Positions 25,141 through 36,430 of a stretch of DNA of 64,000 bases are shown here, in pieces; the first letter of the stretch is position 1; each line of letters begins with the position of its first letter. The position numbers and the translations under genes were made by a program. This DNA comes from Octopus sinensis. Lineage: Eukaryota. The stretch covers positions 106,826,001 through 106,890,000 of the forward strand of contig NC_042997.1 in assembly GCF_006345805.1 (NCBI RefSeq), in the 5' to 3' direction. Below the pieces are notes generated by a model, which saw only the letters and a list, made by a program, of their open reading frames with translations, was not told the DNA's origin and made no database searches.

Positions 25141-28100
25141 TTTTTTTTTTCACAGGTGGTGCCCAACTGATCCTACTATACTGTGTAGTCAACAAAATCA
25201 AAAACAAACAATGCGCATGTGTGAAATTATAAGTATGAAATGGTGACAATTTACCCATCGCACTCTGTACATGTATGCATACATGCAGATGAGTAGGTAG
25301 GCATGTATGTGAGAAATGTTGGTAGTAACTCATAGAACTGGTACAAAGTAGAGGACATTTTTAGTCCTCCTGGCATTGACGTAACCTCTTTTCTAACAAC
25401 TGCATAAGATGCACCCAGTAGACTCCGTAAATTGTTGGTGACAGGAGGGATATCAGGCTGTTGAAAACATGAAAATTGAAATTTATGATAAGATAAACAT
25501 TGCAAGTTGCATCATTAGCTGCTCATATAGGGAAGGCTGATACAGGGTAGAAGAGACTCTTCAATTCTTTTCATGTGAAATAACCTTTCAAGCCATCAGT
25601 CCACCCTGTAAGACATACATAACACTTAGTTTGGTTGGTTTTCTATGTTTTGTTAGCAAGAAGATACAGTGACGAGCCGTCACATATACAGATATAATGT
25701 GTGTGTACACCCTATAACCATTATATATTCTACCAGACAAAAATTATAAAATAAAATAAAATTAGACAAGCATATTGATTAGTCACTGTTTAAAAGCATA
25801 AATCTATTTTCCTAATCTGGTCTATTTAATGCCTAACACATAAAAAAATATTTAGTTATTTATCAATAAATGAATCTGCTGTAATATTACATGGGAGCTG
25901 GACATTTTTAAAGGTTATTTTCTTTCATCATTTTTTTTTTAAATCTGCATTCAGATCAAGTTATAAAGTACTATTGATTCATATTTTCCTTCATTATCTG
26001 TTTTTTTTCTTCATTTATTTTAGTTCTGGGAACTTGACAACCATTTTGGAAGATAAGGAATTTCATTGGCTTTGTATTTAGTTGCCACAGGATACAGTTA
26101 CAGCATCTACGCTGAATAATGGATTTGAGGGAAATGGTTGAGCTTTTGGAAGACTGCAAGAACACTCTGGTATGGACGAGTTGTTATGAAAACATTTAGG
26201 AATGCGCTATTAAGAAATTAGCTTTTAAAATTAATTTTCTCAGAATTTTTTGAATTTCTAACATATATTTGCTCTTTCATTTTCATTTGCCTTGTCTATT
26301 TAAATCTGAATTTTTTTTTTTTTTTACTATGCTTGTCATACCTGGTTTGCTAAATTCATTCTTGTGAGTTTTAGTTAATTAATAAGTAGGTTATTTTAAT
26401 TGACACTACTAGATTAATATAAAATGTTAAATTAAAAGAGGCCTCTATATCTTTGAGAATTTTAAGGACTATAATACTCAAAGGAAAATAGTTAACTGTA
26501 AACATATAGCATGATCTGCAAATTCAAAGACAAATATTGTATCACTCTGTAACTGTCAGCTTGTATTCTGCTGCTTATATTTTGAAATTGCTATTTTCAA
26601 TGGTTCTGTTGAACATTGCTTGCTTTTAGTCAATAACAAAATAGAGAATGGTTGTTTTATTTTATATTCTCTTTCACATTTCAACATTATTTTTATGACT
26701 TTTCTTTATCCAAACTTTTGTAAACATCATATGAATTGCTTCCTTTGTACTTGTTCTGGAAAGTACAGTGACTTCCAACTGAAAATATATTGTTATTTTG
26801 TTTCAATCAATTTCAATTTAATATATTTTAGCTCTAATTTAAGAAATATGAAAATCAAATTATTTAGCTATAAAATTGATATTATGTTTTACTTTTCTTT
26901 TTCTGAGTGCATATGTTCACACTAAGGAATACATTGTTAACAAGCAGGAATGTACCACAATTTCCTGTCTGGAGTTGTGTTATGGAAAATTTCAATTTAA
27001 TTTTCATCACATAAAAATATCTTAACTCTTAGATTCATTTTCAATCTCATTTAAAATTTTCTATTTATTTAGTTGGAAGTTTGTTTTTCACTTGTTTAAA
27101 ACATCAAGATGTCTTGCAAACAACTTGCACATGCAAGTGCTACCAGTCGAGGACTCTGCATACCAGAAGCCAGCAAGTGTATGGGGTCATCAAGAGAGAA
27201 TGTGCGCCGTTTCAGGGCCTACCTCTTGACGGCATCAATGCACACCGGCCCCCATCACTGATATGAGGTCCTGCTTGCTAGATCAACTTGTTATTAAATA
27301 TAGCTCAATATTTCTCTAGCCATCGCTCATCGTCTCTTTTTAACCAAATCCAATGGCTAGCCTTCTCCACTGTAGTTTTGGATATCGGTCATGTTTGTGT
27401 AATACTGAAGCATTCTTCATTAACTCAACCACCTCACTTCTCATAAACATGTCTTATGTTTCAGTCCACCAAAACAAATGTTCTTGTCATTGTTTGACCC
27501 CAGATAAGCCCTGATCAAGTAAACTTATAATTGAAGACTATCCCATTTGTTGTTTTAGACATAAGTGTATCTAAGAATACATTACCCAATGTTTCCTTCT
27601 CCTCTTTGAAGATAGTAGGGTATAACTGGAAGTAGATTTGACTTCTATTTACAGTAGAATGAGTGATTGCATTACAATTTTCTAGTTTTATCATTGCTCT
27701 GAAAATGTTAACCCCATTATGTTATCTGCTGTGATGATACACAGGGGTGCCAGAACAAACAAGAAGCAAAACAAAATACTTGCAAAAACAAAGACACCAA
27801 TCAGATAAAATAACAATTTCTCAGATGGTTGCAGCTCTTGAGCTGAAACTAGTAAAAGTAGTAAAGGAAGATAATCAATCTAACAAACAGGTCATTCAAC
27901 AAAGCTACTCTCAGCCCTAATGACATCCCCCAGTAACTGGTCTCATTGCAGCCATAGAGGTGACTGCATGCCATGATCAGGTGGCCTCTGTCTATTCTAT
28001 TCACTATGCCCACAGCAGGAACCTCCAAATAAAGTAGTTCAGAGAGTTTAAAGTTTAAATCTAGAGAGCAAGGGGACCACATGATAATGGAGAGTAATAT

Positions 28101-29869
28101 GATCACAAGATTCTCCCAGTTTAACCAGAAATAAACTGTCCTTTCTTCATCACATAACTTGTACCTAAGTCTTCATGCACCACATGTCTGATAGTGGATT
28201 CCTCCACCTTTTATTGCTTGGTAATGGTCATCCTTAACAACAAGCTCACTAGGATTGTTAATGATGCCCTAGACCTGCTGGACAAACTTGACTGGCCTGA
28301 TGATATCTGACAACTGATAATGTTCTTTGTCCTGGTCACAAACAACATATATCTGCCAAAGGCCCAGAGGTTCCCAGCTTCTCATGCGTTATATGCCTGA
28401 GAATGGTGTCAATCACTTTTGGTTGCTTGGTAATGACTCTCATCAAAACTCTAGGGTTGTTGTCAATGCTACCTTAAACCTTGCTGGACAAACACAACTT
28501 GATGTCTAACTGCTAAGAATGTTTCTTTCTTCTGGCCACAGACAACACATTACTGCCAGAGGCCCCAGCTTCTTTCTGGCCTGAACAAAAAAGAACCTAG
28601 CCACATTCAACAAACAAGCAATTTCAGAGTCACTGAGGTTGATAGCTAAATCCTTCCTCATATGACTAAACCAAGATTAAGAAAGGAAGGAGGCTATTCT
28701 GAGACTGAAGACCTGGTATGAATGCTTGCAATAGGGTGCACCATTAAAGGCACAGAAAAAGAACCAAAAAAACAAGTGTTGTTAAACTGGGTGATGGATT
28801 AAGTCTACTACCCAGGTATGATCCATCCTCATGGGTTTCTACACACTTTGCATCTATCAAATTTCATCTACATGTGTTGGTTGACTCATAGTACTGTACA
28901 ATAGAACTGAATCTAAAACCACACAGCTGTGGAGCAAACTTCTTATCCACACAACCATGCTTCTACTCATAAGTCCACTATCAACTTGATGTGTTGTCCA
29001 GTAATCAGTGACTTAGTGTTCAGTATGATATCAACTAGCTCCAGTGAAAGGAGCCTTTACATAGTAAGTCAACATGCTAGAAACAGTACCCAAATCTCCT
29101 TCAAATCTACTTTACAAATCATACTCTACAATTAGGCCGTTTTATCAGCTTGGTGGATTTTCTAGTAGTCTTGACATGCTTGAAATAGGTCCCAAATTTC
29201 CTTCAAATCATACTCTACAATTAGGCTATCAAAGCAGGTTCATAGACCCTGGGCAAATCAATGTACTGGCCCCATAGACAACAAGCCACAAGATGCATAG
29301 ATTAGAATTTGGCCCCTTACCTCTAGAGCAGTGAGGCCCCTGGACAACAGCCCAGTATGCTCATGCTTGAAGGGAGCCCGGCTTACAATCTTAAATAAAG
29401 AATGAACACACAGGAAAATATAGTTCCATATATCCCTAAAGAATGGAAAGCGACAAAGTTTTTTTTTATCATAAATCTGATCCATCAAGGATGACCTGGA
29501 ATTAAACAACAACAAAAACTACAACTTGGTTATTCAACCTCAATAACGTGGCACTGTTTGGCATCACTTTCATCTAATTCTGTTCCTCCACCCTTTTTTT
29601 TCTTTTTCTTTGTCTGTCTTTGAAGTTCCTAACAGACAGCAAAATATAAATTTGATACGTTTCACACTGAGAAGACTCTTCGATAAATAATCAATAGAAC
29701 ACTTTTATTCTAACAATTTTATGTTTTTATAATGCTGTGTGCTGTTGATTTTATCAGTGACATGACTCATTTATGGTGCTCTGCATGAGTGAAATTTATT
29801 AGTAACTAACCAGTAGAGACATTTCAGGGATGGAATCATAACAGAATGAACTCAAATACCCATCACCCA

Positions 29870-29898
29870 CCCACCTCCACTTCCTCCTCCTCCTCCTC

Positions 29899-29929
<31 letters not shown>

Positions 29930-30005
29930 CACCACTACCACCACCACCACTACTACCACCACCACCACTTACACCAATATTGATGCTTGCTGCTACCACC
30001 CTGCC
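29870..30005. repeat. Compound (CCT)/(CTA)/(CCA) triplet microsatellite
   Basis: Direct inspection. Confidence 0.9.
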
Positions 30006-30583
30006 CACACCCTGTTCACAGACATCTCTGTCAATCTTTATGATATTTTGTGAACCAGTTCATTCAAATTGGACTAAACAGTATCTGATTGAATAAGCAA
30101 GCCAATATTCATCCATCTAACTTGACATCTTCCTGTATCTTTTCATTGACATGGCTGCTATCAGGGCTTTAATTCCAGCTGAGACTTTATTTTTTATTTA
30201 TTTAAAATACTCATTGGTTGTTAAACTATAGTGCTGCTACACCCTGAACAAATGCTATTCTTTTTATTATAATCCCATTAACATCTAGAATGCAATATAG
30301 AAATATGAACTGGCTGGTACTTGTATTGTAAATCACAGAAGTTTCTGCAACATTAAATAGATTAGAAACTGTCTTCTCCAAGAGAACATACTTGTCTATT
30401 GCAGATGTAATGTTCCCAGAGTTTTTCTGGTATCTATTTCTAATAGTTAAGTAATAAATTATCCAGTCCACATTCACTATAATATGTTTATAGTGGATTT
30501 GAACTCACAATCTTTGAGACTGGTGTCACTATCATTATCATATTTTATGTCTGATGGCATGACATATCTTGAATAGGTTACTA

Positions 30584-30766
30584 CAGTAGTTCCCAAACTA
30601 TCAGTCGCGACCACAGATGTGTCGCAAATGGAATCTTAGTGGGTCGCAAAAAGTTATAAAATTACGCATTAGCTGTCTATCGAAATACTCAGTAGAGTTA
30701 AGTGAGTCGTCATAAACTGGTGTGATAAATAGTGGGTTGCAACTCTAAAAAGTTTGGGAACCACTG
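30584..30766. mobile_element. hAT-superfamily MITE
   Basis: TIRs CAGTAGTTCCCAAAC / GTTTGGGAACCACTG; 8-bp TSD GGTTACTA / GGTTATTA. Confidence 0.8.
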
Positions 30767-32788
30767 GGTTATTATAATCCAAATCACTTATTAGAAGCCA
30801 CTGCTCTCATAGAATGGTGTTCAAACGTGACATTTTGACTTGGTTTCTAGGCTGGGTACCATTTCTACCACCACCCATTTTATAGAGTGTACTGGGTCTA
30901 TTTTCTTGTGGTACCCGTACTAGAAATGTTGATAAATTTTGGTGTGACAAGACTAAAGGGATTTCACAACCTTATGTTTTCTCCAAGTGCTTGCCATCCA
31001 TTTTACAATGTATACCTAATGTATGTTTTTATGGCACCAGCACTAGAGAGGTTGTTGAACCCTCTGTGGAATGTGACAATTGGGCATGACTGTTTTAATG
31101 TTGGTGATTTGACATGGCTGAGTTGACATTGGGTCTATTTTGGTAACAGCACTTTTTGGCACTAGCGGCAAACATACACACACACACACACACACACATA
31201 TGCAACTGGCTTCTTTCAATTTCTATCTACCAAATCCTTTAGTCAGCTGAGAGCTATAACAGAAGACACTTGTCAAAGGTGCCATGTGGTGGGATTGAAC
31301 TCAGAACCACATGGCTGGAAAGCAAGTTCTCAACCATGTTCCCACACAGCCACAATATTATTTCTAGAAGTTGTCATCCTGCAATGCAAACCCTCTTCAG
31401 ATATTTTCCCCATTTTATATTTATTCTTCCAGTCATACATAGATGAAATGATTCTCACAAGAGCAATGCATTATACTGGTGGATGCTATGGTCTAACATA
31501 AAATCAACTCTGATGAGGTAGACCTATAATCAAAAGGCATTCAAGCTATGATTAGTTACAGCTCTTTATGTTCAGGGTTCAAATCCTGACAGGCCAACTA
31601 TGTGCCTTTCATCCCTCCAGGGCCAATAAAACAAAACACTGTTCATTCACATACTGTAGATGATTTAATCAACTAACCCCTCACTCTCTCCAAATTTCTG
31701 ACCTTGTGCCTATATTTAGAAATAAATTCAGAACAAATACATGTGAAGAAGTAACTTTGTTGTTGTTGACCCGGCTAAAACTGGATTTTACCTTCGAACA
31801 AATAAGATTTTCTCACATTTAATATTTGTGTGTCCATGAGTGTGTTGCATGTGTGTGTGTGCCTATTAGTGTGTGTACATGTCTGAGTGAGTGTGAGACT
31901 GTGTCTGTATGTTTTGCCTGTGACTGAGTATGAGTTTGTATGTTTGCATGTGACTGTGTGTGAGTTTATGTGTTTCACTAATTACTACTTTGGTTGGAAA
32001 TGAAAACAATGACTTTGTAAAAAGGAAGTGCTTTTTTTTTTTTCATTTTTGATCATTGAGTTATTGTTTTATTTTTGTTATTTCTGTGTCAGTCTATTTA
32101 TTTAGCTTGCATATCATCATCCCTCATTACCACTAACTCTAGTATATAACTTCCACCTATACACTTCTGTGTGTGTGTGAGACTTAGTATTGACAATGTT
32201 TGGGTGCCAGTAATGTTATAAACAATATGGTGGTGCTGGGTGGGGATCATTTATTTTCAACATGTGAAAACCAGTGGACCAAAGATACCTAACTTGAAGC
32301 ACAAATATGGGTTGGCAACTGGAAGGTCATTCAGTTGTAGGATACTACCTTGGTTAAGTCTCATCTAACTCATGCCAGTTTGGAAAAAGCAGACATAAAA
32401 GCTATGAAATACAGTCGTTCATTAATTATATGTCTGTTTTTCCTTACTTGTATGGGTTAGGTGATTATTTTATTGAGGCTTTGTTTTACAGTTAGATGAT
32501 CTTTCTGTTGCTAACCTTCACCTGTTTTTCATATGAGGGATCTCTTATTTCACACAACTTTGAATGTAGAATGAAGCAGTTGGACAATGTGTTAACAAGA
32601 GAAACTAACAACAACAGCACAGCTTGTAGCTTATGACTTTTGATGTGTGCATAAACACACATGTACATACACATGTTGGCTTTTATTAATAGTTCAGGTG
32701 TTGGGCTCATAGTCATAAAGTTGTAGGTTTTGTTCCTAGACTGGGCAGGCCTTTGATTCTTCAATAAGTCTTCAATAATTCTTCAATA

Positions 32789-33085
32789 ATGCAAATATAT
32801 GGGAAACTACCACCTGTCTCATCTCTTGTGAAAGGTAGGAGAGTCCAGTTTGCTGGACATTGTTGTAGAGCTGAAAACAAGGCAATTTCTACTCTTCTTG
32901 TCTGGAAGCCATCCACTCACAATACCAGAGGGCGCACACTCTCCTACCCTGATGTAATCTCCAGGGATACAGGCATCCAGCAACAGGACCTCCATAATGC
33001 TATGATGGACCGTGAAGTCTGGCGTAGCATGGTAAATTCCATTGTCTCGACCACGGTCGAACAATGATGATGATGATGATGATGG
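32789..33085 (+). mobile_element. 5'-truncated LINE 3' end (RTE-like) with (GAT)n tail
   Basis: Open ORF YGKLPPVSSLVKGRRVQFAGHCCR...RGRTLSYPDVISRDTG...AMMDREVWRSMV, followed directly by GAT repeats. Confidence 0.75.
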
Positions 33086-33632
33086 GCAGGCCTGGATATT
33101 GTGTCCTTGAGCTAGGCACTTAATTTCACATTGTCCTAGTCCATTTAACTGAAAAAAGTAGATAGCAGCCTAATGCTGGTATAGATCTGTCTCCCTCCAA
33201 CCTTCACTGAGACATGGTTGGAAGGGTCAGGAGGGTGTCTGTCTGCTTGTGACTATGTAGATACCTAAAACAATTTGGAAAAGCATCATATATGGTACCA
33301 TGTTATATGTCCTTGAGAGTGATAGCTATGGTTGATGTGTGTGCCACTTTGGAAGTATGTTAAAGTTTTTATTATTTGGGGAGAAAGAGCACAACTATAG
33401 GTGCTGAGCCAGTGTAGTATTTTTTGTGGGTTAATCCAATGAATTGACAGCAAGGTATGTAAGAAGTTTTTTTCTGAAACTAAATTTCTGTGTACAGTCC
33501 TGTTGTGCATGCATTCACACCATCACTTTCACACAAAGGTTGGTTGCTGATAAACATAATTGTGACTGGGTAAAAATTTGGTAAATATTTACAATAACAC
33601 CATACTTGCCAAATACTAACCCTAACTGTAAT

Positions 33633-33948
33633 AAAACGATAAACGTCACCCTTTTCAAGCCTAGCCAGGCTCATGGGCCCGGTTTCCCGGTTTCTGTGGC
33701 CTATGTGTTCCCCCAAGCTGGACGGGACGCCAGTCCATTGCAGCATTACTCAAGAAACAGGAAGAGAGAGTGAGAGAAAGTTGTGGCGAAAGAATACAAC
33801 AGGGGTCGCCACCACCCACTGCCAGAGCCTCATGGAGCTTTTAGGTGTTTACGCTCAATAAACACACACAACACCTGGTCTGGGAATCAAAACCGCAATC
33901 CTCCGACCACATGTCCACTACCCTAACCACTGGGCCATTGCGCCTCCT
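33633..33948 (-). mobile_element. tRNA-derived SINE (family 3) with 11-bp TSD
   Basis: Head 'ggaggcgcaatggcccagtggttagg...gattcccagacc'; CTAACTGTAAT duplicated at 33622-33632 and 33949-33959. Confidence 0.85.
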
Positions 33949-34378
33949 CTAACTGTAATCATAAACCATAAATATGTTTACAGTAGGCCGGCGCTAAGCC
34001 CTTGCAACCCCTGCGATTGCAGGAGGCCTCTACAAAGAACTGGAATTACTATAATGTAAAACTTAAAATTCGATGTTACACACAACATATGTAATTTTTA
34101 GAAGAGAAAGAAGCAATGAAGTTTATAAATAATGAAAGGTCCTCCTACAGACGCATACCTGGTGAAAACTCTCATTACATTGCTATGTCATTTATTCATT
34201 CAGTCCTTTAGGCAATATACACTGTAGGATATCTTACGATTTATACGATAAACTTTATAAATTTTTGAAGTTCAATATTCCTATGTAGAGATATTGAGTT
34301 ATTCAAATAATTGTTCATTAAATGGACCTAATAAGATTACGTACAGTACACTCGATATTTCATATTTAAATCCAATGT

Positions 34379-35024
34379 GACTATTTCTTCTTGAGGAAAG
34401 ACTTCTGACCATTCCCCCCCCTCCGCCCATTTTCTCCCAAACTTGTTTATTTAAAAGAATTTATTTTTCTTGCCAAAAATCCCCATTTTCGGATACAGAG
34501 GTTCCAGAAAACTGCCAAAAATCGGCATTGTGAAATTCCCACCTCCCCAACTTCAATTTTGACTTTTCTCCCCAAGACTAACCCTAGCACCCTAACCCTA
34601 AAACCATAACCATAAGTACAGAAATGTTTCGAAATTTTTGTCCAAATCATGTCTGTATTTTTCCGCATATTTAGAAAAAAAAATTCTTCAAAGCAAATTT
34701 TACAAAGAATTTTGGAAATTTTTTTCAGAATCATAATCTCCGTATTTTTCTGCATATTTTGGGGAAAAAATTCTGAAGAAATTTAAAATGAAGGAAATGG
34801 GGGTGGGGGGTAATTTATGTCGATTTTTGCCAATTGTTTTGCAGATTCATATTCCCTGTAGCTGAAAAGAGGTGATTGTGTCAAAAAAAAATTTTTTTAA
34901 AGGGTGGTTTTTGTGGGTGGACAGGCAGAAGTCTTGCCCTTCTTGGATAGAGATTAGAAAATGTTATATCTTGATAAACTTCCAATACATATTTTGGATA
35001 TTTTTGAAACAACTCGCCTTATTA
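34379..35024. mobile_element. Foldback/MITE-like element with nested imperfect inverted repeats and (AACCCT)-like core
   Basis: aagacttctgacc (~34395) vs ggcagaagtctt (~34925); C-rich ccccccctccgcccatttt vs gaaatggggtgggggg; accctagcaccctaaccctaaaacc near 34580-34605. Confidence 0.45.
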
Positions 35025-35044
35025 ACACTTGATATTTCACATTT

Positions 35045-35250
35045 AAATTCAATGTCATCATCATCAACTTTTAATGTCCGCTTTCCATGCTAGCATGGGT
35101 TAGACGATTTGACTGAGGTCTGGCTGCACCTGACTCCAGTCTGATCTGACAGAGTTTCTACAGCTGGATGCCCTTCCTAATGTCAACCACTCCGAGAGTG
35201 TAGTGGGTGCTTTTATATGCCACCGACACGAGGGCCAGTCAGGCGGTACT
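35045..35250 (-). mobile_element. SINE-like element with 'aggaagggcatccagctgtag' body and (GAT)n tail
   Basis: Same family at about 3255, 5980, 7755, 12545, 37010, 41560, 45165 and 50825. Confidence 0.7.
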
Positions 35251-36179
35251 AGCAATTTGAGTATTTATTCTTGGATATGGACTGAAAAATATTATATGCT
35301 GATAACTTACCTGACCTACTTTACCTATTTTTAATATTCTTTGAGCTACTTGACTTATTAACACTATATTTACAATGGATTTGGACTCAAGATCTTTAAG
35401 ATAATACACCAATAATTTGATGGTAAAAAGATTGGTAGTGGAACCGCAGAGTAAAATGTGAACAACATTTTATATTTTTTTTACATGTATTTGTTTTATA
35501 CCTTCCTCAATTTACAAACCATAATCACCTTGAAAGACAAAAACACGCTAATTCACATACTCTTTCCCTCTGTCAGTTTGTCTGTCTGCCTGCATGTTAT
35601 TTTCTTTCTTTCTTTCTTACCCACATGCACACACCCACTCACCTTCACATACAAACACATACACTCACGTCGTAAACAAGGAGGGGATTTATGAAGGCTT
35701 GGCTTGAAGTCTTAAGTTTCATATCATTGCTTTATTTATTTAATTTTTATGGATTATATAGTTGTCCTCTTTTCTCACTAACCTGCAATGAAATCATATT
35801 TCTTTTATTCATTGCTGAAATACTTGTTTTTATATTGCTTTTCTCATTAGGAAAGAAATTTGATTTATGTAGTTTTGTCAATACCATACATGCGCGCACA
35901 CACTTGCACATTCTTTTATTCTGTCTCTAATTTCAGTCAGTGAACGGTGGCCATGCTGGAGCACCACCTTTTTAAGTGTTTAGTCAGTCATTTAGGTCCC
36001 AGCACTTACTTTAGTCTTTTTTTTTAACTATGGAAGATAACGGGACACAATATGTATACAACATCTGTCTTGGTTGATGTATACATAAACAGACACTTCT
36101 GTATTTTTCTTTTATTCTTTAATTGTTTCGATCGTTGGATCACAGCTTTGTTGCATTATTGCATCATTATATATATATA

Positions 36180-36236
<57 letters not shown>

Positions 36237-36239
<3 letters not shown>

Positions 36240-36430
36240 GGAGGGTTTACGAAAAAAACAAAAGACGAAGACAGGTGGTGTAGAAAACAAACAGATGTAT
36301 TAGTATAATGCTCAGGAATAGAAAAAGTCTTTTACGTTTCGAGCCTATGCTCTTCTACAGAAAGGGACACAGAAAAAAACAAGGAGAGGAAAAAAAATGT
36401 GTGTAGTGGCTAACGCTCTATCATGGCGAC
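36237..36430 (-). mobile_element. Penelope-like element-derived fragment inserted in (TA)n
   Basis: Flanked by TA repeats on both sides; carries a minimal hammerhead-like motif (36329-36364) of the kind associated with PLE termini. Confidence 0.4.
36329..36364 (-). ncRNA. Degenerate minimal type I hammerhead-like motif
   Basis: Minus strand cuuu-CUGUAGA-A-GAGC(auag)GCUC-GAAA-CG-UA-aaag; stems I and II pair, but the core deviates from CUGANGA. Confidence 0.35.

Noticed and set aside
31509-31545. Additional hammerheads at other CTGATGA sites (6046, 21688, 31510, 37976, 54190, 63964)
   Set aside because: None has a paired stem II followed by GAAA and NUH with a matching stem I.
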